Shown here one piece after another: positions 27,902 through 35,771 of a stretch of DNA of 64,000 nt; positions within the stretch are counted from its first letter, which is position 1; every line of letters starts with the position of its first letter. A program made the position numbers and the translations under genes. The stretch spans positions 3,168,001 to 3,232,000 of the forward strand of contig OZ244905.1 in assembly GCA_965221695.1 (NCBI GenBank). The letters run 5' to 3'. This DNA comes from Gammaproteobacteria bacterium (GTDB lineage Bacteria > Pseudomonadota > Gammaproteobacteria > Eutrophobiales > Eutrophobiaceae). The notes below the pieces were generated by a model. It searched no databases. It had not been told where the DNA came from and saw only the letters and a program-made list of their open reading frames with translations.

Positions 27902-28897
27902 ATGAACAGTCAGGAAACTGAAAACAGCAACTTGAGCATCAACAACCTGATCGCTCCCAAGGTGAATCATCTGGTCGACTTTGCGCACGGCCTGGGTTTG
28001 AGCGCCAGCCGCACGTCAAACGGAAGTTTGCTGATAGACGCGGGCATCAGCAGTCACGGCAGCATCGAGGCCGGCAGGCAGATTGCCGAAATCTGTCTGG
28101 GAGGGCTGGCCACGGCCAGGTTGCGGGCCGCGCGGGACTACCAAAACTGGCCCTGGCATGTGGACGTCCATACCAGCCACCCTGTGATCGCCTGCCTGGC
28201 CAGCCAGTATGCGGGCTGGAGCCTGTCACATGGCGAGGGCAAGGGCACCTTCAGCGCGCTCGGTTCCGGCCCGGCCAGGGCCTTGGGCAGCAAGGAACCG
28301 TTGTTAGATGAAATCGGATACCGCGACAAGGCGGACACCACTTGCATCGTGCTGGAGGTCGACAAGTTACCGCCGATTGAGATTTCCGACAAAATTGCCG
28401 AACGCTGCCAGGTTGCGCCGGAAAACCTCACATTGATTCTTACGCCTACTTCCAGCCTGGCGGGAGCGGTGCAGGTCGTTGCCCGAGTATTTGAATCCGC
28501 GCTGCACAAGGCCCATACATTGCGTTTTCCGCTGACTGAAATTGTAGACGGCATGGGCACCGTGCCCTTATGTCCTCCGTCACCCGATTTTCTGACAGCC
28601 ATGAGCCGTACCAATGACGCGATTCTATTTGGCGGCCATGTTCACTTGTTTGTCAGTTCCGGCGATGAAGACGCGCAAGGGCTGGCACACCAGTTACCGA
28701 GCAATACATCTGAAGATTACGGCAGGCCGTTCGCCGAGGTGTTCAAAAATTCCGGTTTTGATTTCTACAAACTCGATCCCATGTTGTTCAGCCCGGCCCG
28801 GGTGACCGTGAGTTCGCTTAAGACAGGACGTTCTTTCCAGGCGGGGGATATCAACCTGCAGGCCCTGAACGAGTCATTCACCGGGATATTCAGCTAA
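27902..28897 (+). CDS. mch: Methenyltetrahydromethanopterin cyclohydrolase
   Basis: LIDAG, ACLASQYAGW, LGSGPARAL, TPTSSLAGAVQVVAR, HKAH, RTNDAILFGG, FYKLDPMLFSPA. ATG 27902 follows GAGGGA; alternative start 27872. Confidence 0.93.
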   Translation: MNSQETENSNLSINNLIAPKVNHLVDFAHGLGLSASRTSNGSLLIDAGISSHGSIEAGRQIAEICLGGLATARLRAARDYQNWPWHVDVHTSHPVIACLASQYAGWSLSHGEGKGTFSALGSGPARALGSKEPLLDEIGYRDKADTTCIVLEVDKLPPIEISDKIAERCQVAPENLTLILTPTSSLAGAVQVVARVFESALHKAHTLRFPLTEIVDGMGTVPLCPPSPDFLTAMSRTNDAILFGGHVHLFVSSGDEDAQGLAHQLPSNTSEDYGRPFAEVFKNSGFDFYKLDPMLFSPARVTVSSLKTGRSFQAGDINLQALNESFTGIFS

Positions 28898-28912
28898 TCC
28901 GCCAATCCGGGT

Positions 28913-29755
28913 TTGCCTTCCATCGCGAGTCTGGCGCAGCAGGTATACGATTGTTTCATTTGTGATATTGACGCGCTGAAGCCGGGAAACGTAGGTCGCC
29001 ACGGCGCCGGTCATGGCATGGAGTGTGCGGATTTTATCAGGAGCGCACAAGCCGTTACGCCCATTCTTTGTGACCGGCGTCTCGATATCGGCAAAAAAAT
29101 CCTGTCCAGCGTCAAAGCCACCATGGCCGAGGTACAGTGCAATACCAACCTGGGTATGGTTTTGCTGATTGCGCCCATAATCCAGGTGTTTCAGCAACAT
29201 GGCCCGCAGGCATACTTTCGGCACACTGTCACATCGACCCTGAAGTCTCTCGGGCGGCAGGAAGCGCAGGACATATTCGCTGCCATTCGCTTGGCAAACC
29301 CCGGCGGTCTTGGCAAAGTGGACAAATATGACGTAAACTCTCCACTGGACATCGATATTTATTCAGCTATGGAGGCCGCGCAGGATCGGGATTTGGTTGC
29401 TCGACAATACGTGAACGGATACCGGGAAGTGACAAATATCGGAGTAAAATGCCTGCGAGACCATCATGATCGCTGGAATAGTGTTGAATGGGCGGTTGTT
29501 GCCTGTTATCTTATGTACATGGCGAGTTTTCCGGATTCGCATATCCGTAGAAAATATGGAATTGAAACCGCGCATCAGGTGAGGAAGAGAACAAAACCTG
29601 TGCTCGAGCAGTTTATGAGCTATGATAATCCGGAAGATGCAAGAAAAACATTGATGCATTTTGACAGGGAACTCAAGGCGTCGGGGCTAAATCCAGGCGC
29701 GTGCGCTGATCTTACCGTAGCCAGCTTGTTATTGTTCCGGCTTGGCATAGACTGA
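28913..29755 (+). CDS. CitG-like (orf7) protein of H4MPT/methanofuran gene clusters
   Basis: [49 protein letters not shown]; start uncertain. Confidence 0.85.
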   Translation: MPSIASLAQQVYDCFICDIDALKPGNVGRHGAGHGMECADFIRSAQAVTPILCDRRLDIGKKILSSVKATMAEVQCNTNLGMVLLIAPIIQVFQQHGPQAYFRHTVTSTLKSLGRQEAQDIFAAIRLANPGGLGKVDKYDVNSPLDIDIYSAMEAAQDRDLVARQYVNGYREVTNIGVKCLRDHHDRWNSVEWAVVACYLMYMASFPDSHIRRKYGIETAHQVRKRTKPVLEQFMSYDNPEDARKTLMHFDRELKASGLNPGACADLTVASLLLFRLGID

Positions 29756-29870
29756 GTTACGGGTTGTAACTGTTGGTGTGGGGAGTAGTGATAGACCTTA
29801 CGGAGGTATCATGTTTAAAATATTTGACAAACTTTGTAGCATTTTTAAATCAGAAGAAGGAGGTAATGAA

Positions 29871-30383
29871 ATGGCTGTTATAGATAAAGTACTCGTTGGT
29901 GAAGCATTGGTGGGGGATGGCAATGAGGTCGCCCATATCGACCTGATTATGGGCCCTCGGGGCAGCGCTGCGGAAACCGCGGCATGCAATGCCCTTACCA
30001 ATAACAAAGACGGTTTTACATCCCTGCTGGCGGTAGTCTCGCCGAATCTCGCATGTAAACCGACTACCGTCATGTTCAATAAGGTGACTATTAAAGGCGC
30101 ACAGCAGGCTGTACAGATGTTTGGCCCGGCCCAGCGCGCAGTGTCCATGGCGGTGATGGATTGTGTTGAAGACGGCACTATCCCTGCTGACGAAGCTGAT
30201 GATATTTTCATCTGCGTCGGCGTGTTTATCCACTGGCTGGCTGAGGATGACGGGAAAATCCAGGACTACAACTATGAAGCCACCAAGATGTCGATTAAAC
30301 GCGCTGTTGCACGCGAACCCAAGGCTTCCGAGGTGTTGAGTAAGCGCGGCGATGCGGATCATCCGTTCCAGGCTCACTCATAA
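29871..30383 (+). CDS. fae: Formaldehyde-activating enzyme
   Basis: [43 protein letters not shown]; RBS AAGGAGGT. Confidence 0.96.
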   Translation: MAVIDKVLVGEALVGDGNEVAHIDLIMGPRGSAAETAACNALTNNKDGFTSLLAVVSPNLACKPTTVMFNKVTIKGAQQAVQMFGPAQRAVSMAVMDCVEDGTIPADEADDIFICVGVFIHWLAEDDGKIQDYNYEATKMSIKRAVAREPKASEVLSKRGDADHPFQAHS

Positions 30384-30400
30384 GCGAGTCCGACCCCAAC

Positions 30401-30430
30401 AAAGACCCCGGCCTGTGCCGGGGTTTTTTT
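30401..30430 (+). terminator. Intrinsic terminator after fae
   Basis: ACCCCGGC-ctgt-GCCGGGGT followed by a T-run. Confidence 0.85.
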
Positions 30431-30507
30431 GTTGATGCCAGTGAGACAAAGGGTCGCCCTCCGTTTTCACGAGGGCGGGCTCTGCGGGCGACAAAATAGT
30501 TGACTGG

Positions 30508-30557
30508 ACTCTCGCTTTTCAGCCTACCCCTGTATGGCGTTGAGCAGGGGCGGGAGT
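30508..30557. repeat. 50-bp dispersed hairpin repeat, copy 1
   Basis: actctcgct...ccctgt.tgg.gttgagcagg.gcgggagt; second copy at 50201-50250. Confidence 0.65.
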
Positions 30558-30599
30558 GATGAACGCTGGCGGGCAATATCAGATTGAGAGGTAAGAGCG

Positions 30600-31292
30600 C
30601 TAAAATTCAGCCAGATGTTCTGACGTGATCGTTTTATTGTGCAACGCCGAGGCGATCAGCGCGCCTTGGATGCCCTGCTTGGCGAGCTCGCGCAGATCCT
30701 CCACGTTGCGCACGCCACCGGCTGCGTAGATCCGTTTGCCGGGCAGGCTGTCCGCCAGCACGCGGATGTGTTCCAGGTCAGGGCCGGCATGGCTGCCTAC
30801 CTGATCCAGGTTCATGACGATAATACGCTGCGGCAACCGGGAAGGCTGCGCAAGCAAATTCGGATTGCCGAGCAGGCTTCCGTGACGGTAATCCAGCGAC
30901 AGGATGCAATCTGATTTACGCATATAATAGTCCAGTTGTTCGATGGAAATACCTGTTTCCGAACCCAATACGTTGCTCACACGAGTCCGGAAAGCGGAGC
31001 AGTTGTCATTGATGAACGGTTTAGCGCCCGAATCAATCCACAGGCTGATGTCAGTATAAGCGTTCAGCAGGTGGGCAATGAGCGCATGGTTATTGCCGTT
31101 TTCCTCAATGGCGTTGAGATCGGCGAGATAAAATGCCCTGAAAGGGAATACACGCAGATAAGCGCGAATCACGGCCAGGAGTTCCGATTGCGGACACAGC
31201 GGAGAGGTCAGAGGCTTGTAGGTTTGCCTTTTTCCCAGTCTGGCCGCTACCACCAGACCGTCTTTTAAATCTATGACGGGGAGGATATGCAT
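30600..31292 (-). CDS. HisA/HisF-like TIM barrel protein (orf17 of C1 clusters)
   Basis: MHILPVIDLKDGLVV, FYLADLNAI, LWIDSG, VLGSE, YAAGGVR, ALIASALH. Confidence 0.85.
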   Translation of the reverse strand: MHILPVIDLKDGLVVAARLGKRQTYKPLTSPLCPQSELLAVIRAYLRVFPFRAFYLADLNAIEENGNNHALIAHLLNAYTDISLWIDSGAKPFINDNCSAFRTRVSNVLGSETGISIEQLDYYMRKSDCILSLDYRHGSLLGNPNLLAQPSRLPQRIIVMNLDQVGSHAGPDLEHIRVLADSLPGKRIYAAGGVRNVEDLRELAKQGIQGALIASALHNKTITSEHLAEF

Positions 31293-32348
31293 ACAGAAAA
31301 TTATACAGGTTGGGATATCGGTGGCGCGCATTTGAAAATTGCGTGGCTCGACAAAAACGGCGCGCTAGGTGGTCTTGGCCAATATGCGACACCCTTATGG
31401 GAAGGAATTCATACGCTGTCGCATCCGCTCGGCCTGGCATTCGACTCCCTGCCCGCCGGGAAGCGAGTTCATGCCCTCACCATGACCGGCGAGCTGGCTG
31501 ACTGCTTTAGTACGCGCAGTGAGGGGGTAATGGCGTTGGTGAATTATCTGTCAGCCCGGCTCGGCCCGGAAGAACCGGTCTACGTGTATGCCGGCAACAA
31601 AGGCCTTGTGGCGCCGCATCAGGCTCATACCTTGCGCGCTGAAATTGCTTCAGCCAACTGGCATGCGACAGCCGCTTATGCCGCACAGTGTCTGGGTTCA
31701 GGCTGCCTGATTGACCTGGGCACCACCACGACCGATATCATTCCTTTTCATGAACATCGGGTTTGCTACCGCGGTTATACTGACCAAGAGCGATTGCGCA
31801 CCGGGGAACTGGTTTATTCTGGCATAACGAGAACGCCTGTGATGGCGCTGGTCGACCGGCTGCCCTATAGGAACGTATGGCAAGCCATCGCCGCTGAGTA
31901 TTTTGCCGGTATGGCCGATGTGTATCGTATCACCGGGGACCTGGATGAACGTTTCGATTTAATGCCTGCTGCTGACGGAAACGCAAAAACCCTCTACCAT
32001 AGCATTAAACGTTTGGCGAGGATGCTAGGCGCCGAGTTCAATGAAGGCGACGATGAGACGCCTTGGCTGGAAGTGGCGCGCCACATAGCGGCAAAACAAT
32101 TTGAAAGAATCGATCAGGCATTCATCAGGGTAATGGACACGCTGGAAGACACTGTTGCAAACAATATTGTAGCTGCCGGCGCCGGACGCTTTATTATCGA
32201 GAAAATTGCGCGCAAACATGCTTGTGAAGTCACTAGTTTTGAGGATTTGTTACCGATACCCGACCAGAAACTGCGCGCCGCCAATAATTGTTCTACCGCC
32301 ATCGCGGTTGCAGGATTAGCTCGGCAATATGTCAATGCGTCTGATTGA
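31287..32348 (+). CDS. Hydantoinase/oxoprolinase-like H4MPT-linked protein (orf9, MfnF-like)
   Basis: GWDIGGAHLK, TMTGELADCF, IASANWHA, IDLGTTTTDIIP, ELVYSGITRTP, RLARMLG. Confidence 0.88.
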   Translation: MHTENYTGWDIGGAHLKIAWLDKNGALGGLGQYATPLWEGIHTLSHPLGLAFDSLPAGKRVHALTMTGELADCFSTRSEGVMALVNYLSARLGPEEPVYVYAGNKGLVAPHQAHTLRAEIASANWHATAAYAAQCLGSGCLIDLGTTTTDIIPFHEHRVCYRGYTDQERLRTGELVYSGITRTPVMALVDRLPYRNVWQAIAAEYFAGMADVYRITGDLDERFDLMPAADGNAKTLYHSIKRLARMLGAEFNEGDDETPWLEVARHIAAKQFERIDQAFIRVMDTLEDTVANNIVAAGAGRFIIEKIARKHACEVTSFEDLLPIPDQKLRAANNCSTAIAVAGLARQYVNASD

Positions 32349-33687
32349 ACTCGATTACACCCGGGACTCTGCCGCGCTGTTTTGCCATATCGCGCATGAG
32401 CCTTGGAGTATTTTTCTGGACAGCGGCTATCCGTTGATAGACAGTGGTCGCTACGATATCATGAGCGCTCGTCCGTACCGGACTCTTCTCACCCACGGCG
32501 AAGAAACCCGGATAGCCGGTGGCGCGGCTGTACAGTATTCAAAAGACGACCCGTTTGCCCTGGTCAAGCGCGAACTGGGCGATCATCGTATCAACTTCTC
32601 TGGCCTCCCCTTTTCCGGTGGCGCGCTGGGGTATTTCTCCTATGACCTGGGACGCCGCATAGAACAATTGCCGACTCTGTGTGTGGATGACATCAACATG
32701 CCTGATATGGCTATCGGCCTGTATGACTGGGCGGTCGTCGTCGACCATCACCGAAGAAGCGCCTGGCTGATGGCTGCGGACGGTTCCCAAATAGGCGAAA
32801 CCGGTTGGAAAGCTTTGCAGAAGCTGTTCAGCAAGAGCAATACTCGGGAAACGTCTGCTTATTCGGCGCTATCGAACCTGCTCACTCATACCAATAAGGA
32901 GCAGTATCGGGAAGCCTTTGACCGGATCAAGCGCTATATCCGTGAGGGCGATTGTTATCAGGTAAACCTGGCCCAGCGTTTCAGTGTTGCTGTTTCAGGG
33001 GACCCATGGAGCGTATATCGGCGTTTGAGAAAATTCAACCCGGCTCCTTTTTCCTGCTTTTTTCGACTGGAGGATGCCAGTATACTGAGTTCCTCGCCGG
33101 AGCGGTTTCTTTCCGTCTCCAATGACCTGGTGGAAACCAAACCTATTAAGGGCACCATAAGACGCTCAGTTTATGCCTATGAAGACACAGCCCTGGCGGC
33201 GCAACTGCTCGAAAGTGAAAAAGACCGGGCAGAAAACCTGATGATCGTCGACCTACTGCGGAATGATATCGGCAAGAATTGTGAAACAGGCAGCGTTATG
33301 GTTCCGAGTTTGTTTGCGCTGGAAAGCTTTGCCAGCGTCCATCACCTGGTCAGCACCGTGACTGGCAGGCTTGCCCAGGGCCGGCACGCGTTGGATCTGC
33401 TACGCGGCGCGTTTCCCGGCGGCTCCATCACCGGCGCGCCGAAACTGCGCGCCATGCAGATCATCGAAGAACTGGAGAAATACCGCCGCGGTGTTTATTG
33501 TGGCGCCATCGGTTATATCGGCTTCGACGGCAATATGGACAGTAGCATTGCGATACGCACCCTGACGCACAAAGATGACAGGACTTATTTCTGGGCAGGC
33601 GGAGGGATTGTGGCGGATTCCAGCGCTGACTCCGAATATACGGAGTGTTATACCAAAGCGGAAGCCATCATGCGGCTATTCAGGTAG
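32329..33687 (+). CDS. pabB: Aminodeoxychorismate synthase component I
   Basis: PFSGGALGYFSYDLG, GDCYQVNLAQ, SSSPERF, KPIKGT, AENLMIVDLLRND, FPGGSITGAPK. Confidence 0.93.
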   Translation: MSMRLIELDYTRDSAALFCHIAHEPWSIFLDSGYPLIDSGRYDIMSARPYRTLLTHGEETRIAGGAAVQYSKDDPFALVKRELGDHRINFSGLPFSGGALGYFSYDLGRRIEQLPTLCVDDINMPDMAIGLYDWAVVVDHHRRSAWLMAADGSQIGETGWKALQKLFSKSNTRETSAYSALSNLLTHTNKEQYREAFDRIKRYIREGDCYQVNLAQRFSVAVSGDPWSVYRRLRKFNPAPFSCFFRLEDASILSSSPERFLSVSNDLVETKPIKGTIRRSVYAYEDTALAAQLLESEKDRAENLMIVDLLRNDIGKNCETGSVMVPSLFALESFASVHHLVSTVTGRLAQGRHALDLLRGAFPGGSITGAPKLRAMQIIEELEKYRRGVYCGAIGYIGFDGNMDSSIAIRTLTHKDDRTYFWAGGGIVADSSADSEYTECYTKAEAIMRLFR

Positions 33688-33708
33688 TCTGGATGTAACG
33701 GTCTTGAT

Positions 33709-34347
33709 ATGTGGATAGTCAAGGTGGGCGGCAGTCTGGAAACGGCTTCCGGACTGCGGCCGCTACTGACGCTGCTGGCCGATTATGGCCATACAGGAGT
33801 CATCATCGTACCCGGCGGCGGGCGCTTCGCCGAGCGGGTGCGCGCCGAACAACGCATTACAGGTATGGATGATACCGCCGCGCATGGCTTGGCGATCCGG
33901 GCCATGGAACAATACGCCGCGGTATTGTGCGCGCTGGAGCCGCGGCTGTATCCCATTGCCAACGTCAGCGAAATAACCGGCGCAAGAAGGGCATCCACGG
34001 TCCCGGTTTGGCTGCCCGCTGACTTGCTTGCCGGTGAACCCGGCGTACCCGCGAACTGGCAGGTGACCTCGGACAGCCTGGCCCTGTGGTTTGCCGGAAA
34101 GGTAAATGCCGAAGCGTTAATCCTGATCAAGTCAGTATCGAATAAGACAAACAACGCAAAAGAACTTGCCGCGTCCGGATACCTGGATGACTATTTTCCG
34201 GAGATGATGAAAAAAACAGCCCTTGGGATGATCGCCTGCATCAGTATCGAAAATCAGCAAATCCTGCGGCAAGCGCTGGCCTCCCGCACAATACCGCCTG
34301 AATTACGGATAGTCGCGCAGGTTAAATCAAGAAGGCCTGGCGCCTGA
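33709..34347 (+). CDS. Amino-acid-kinase family protein (orf21, MfnE-like)
   Basis: IVKVGGSL, VPGGGRFA, AHxxAIRAMEQY, WQVTSDSLALW. Confidence 0.85.
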   Translation: MWIVKVGGSLETASGLRPLLTLLADYGHTGVIIVPGGGRFAERVRAEQRITGMDDTAAHGLAIRAMEQYAAVLCALEPRLYPIANVSEITGARRASTVPVWLPADLLAGEPGVPANWQVTSDSLALWFAGKVNAEALILIKSVSNKTNNAKELAASGYLDDYFPEMMKKTALGMIACISIENQQILRQALASRTIPPELRIVAQVKSRRPGA

Positions 34348-34427
34348 AGGAGGTTAGAGGCGCCAGGCAAAGCGCCGAGCTCCTGCTGGGCTTCCCGCTG
34401 AAATCGTTTTTTACCGGTCGAGCAGCA

Positions 34428-35645
34428 TCAGTCCCAGTTCAATACGCCACCGGTCTGGTATTCGGTTACGCGTGTTTCAAAAAAGTTCTTTTCTTTGTTC
34501 AGGTCCATGAGTTCACTCATCCAGGGAAAAGGGTTGCCGGCTCCGGGATACTGTTCGTTCAAACCGATCTGGGCGCAACGCCGGTTGGCGATGAACTTAA
34601 GATAATCTTCAAACATCCTGGCATTGAGGCCCAGCACACCTCTCGGCATAGTGTCGCAGGCATAACGGATCTCCAGTTCCACTGACTCGCGCAACATGGC
34701 GATAATTTCCTGTTGAAACTCCGCGGTCCATAAATGGGGGTTTTCAATTTTTATCTGATTGATCACGTCGATGCCGAAGTTCATGTGCATGGATTCATCC
34801 CGCAGGATGTATTGAAACTGCTCGGCGCAGCCCGTCATCTTGTTGCGCCGGCCCATGGACAGGACTTGTACGAAACCCACGTAGAAAAAGATGCCTTCGA
34901 ATACAATATAAAACGCAATCAGGTCCCGCAACAGGCGTTGGTCAGCCTTAGGCGTGCCGGTATGGAAGGTCGGGTCGCCAAGGCTTTGGGTGAAACGCAT
35001 AGCCCATGCGGCCTTGTCGTGTATGGAAGGTATCTCGCGATACATGTTGAATACCTCGGCCTGATCCAAGCCTAGCGACTCAACACAGTACTGGTAGGCA
35101 TGGGTATGCAAAGCCTCTTCAAAAGCCTGCCGCAGCAGGTATTGGCGGCACTCGGGATTGGTAATATGCCGATACACCGCCAACACCAGGTTGTTGGCCA
35201 CCAGTGAATCTGCGGACGCGAAGAACCCCAGGTTGCGTTTTATGATGATCCGTTCATCCTCGCTGAGACCATCAGGGTTTTTCCACAACGCAATGTCTGC
35301 GTTCATGTTGATTTCCTGGGGCATCCAGTGATTGGCGCAGGCGTCCAGGTATTTCTGCCAGGCCCAGGTATATTTGAACGGCACCAGTTGATTCAGATCG
35401 GCGCGGCAGTTGATCATCTGCTTGTCGTCGACACTGATCCTGCCAGCGCCGAATTCGACTTCCTCCAGGCCGGTGGCGCCGCCCGTGTCAGGGCCTTGTC
35501 CGGATGTGAACAACAGGTCCGGGTCCGACGGCACAGGGTCGTTAGTTGCTTCCGGTCCTGGCGCCGCGACCGCATGGGGTGGCGGGTTGTTCTCCCCTTT
35601 CACTTGTTTGATATTTGCAATAGGATCATCCCAACTGGTCAACAT
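34428..35645 (-). CDS. nrdB: Class Ia ribonucleotide reductase beta subunit
   Basis: [17 protein letters not shown] (radical Tyr), [21 protein letters not shown]; RBS AAGGTGA before ATG 35645. Confidence 0.95.
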   Translation of the reverse strand: MLTSWDDPIANIKQVKGENNPPPHAVAAPGPEATNDPVPSDPDLLFTSGQGPDTGGATGLEEVEFGAGRISVDDKQMINCRADLNQLVPFKYTWAWQKYLDACANHWMPQEINMNADIALWKNPDGLSEDERIIIKRNLGFFASADSLVANNLVLAVYRHITNPECRQYLLRQAFEEALHTHAYQYCVESLGLDQAEVFNMYREIPSIHDKAAWAMRFTQSLGDPTFHTGTPKADQRLLRDLIAFYIVFEGIFFYVGFVQVLSMGRRNKMTGCAEQFQYILRDESMHMNFGIDVINQIKIENPHLWTAEFQQEIIAMLRESVELEIRYACDTMPRGVLGLNARMFEDYLKFIANRRCAQIGLNEQYPGAGNPFPWMSELMDLNKEKNFFETRVTEYQTGGVLNWD

Positions 35646-35771
35646 AGTATTCACCTTATCAGAGAACAGAAGAAGGAGGGCAGAAGACAGAAAATGGAAC
35701 TGGACAGGTAACCGGGCTCATATTCATAGACCGTATGATACTGTTCTCCGTCCTTTGCGCTCTGTTTCGTG

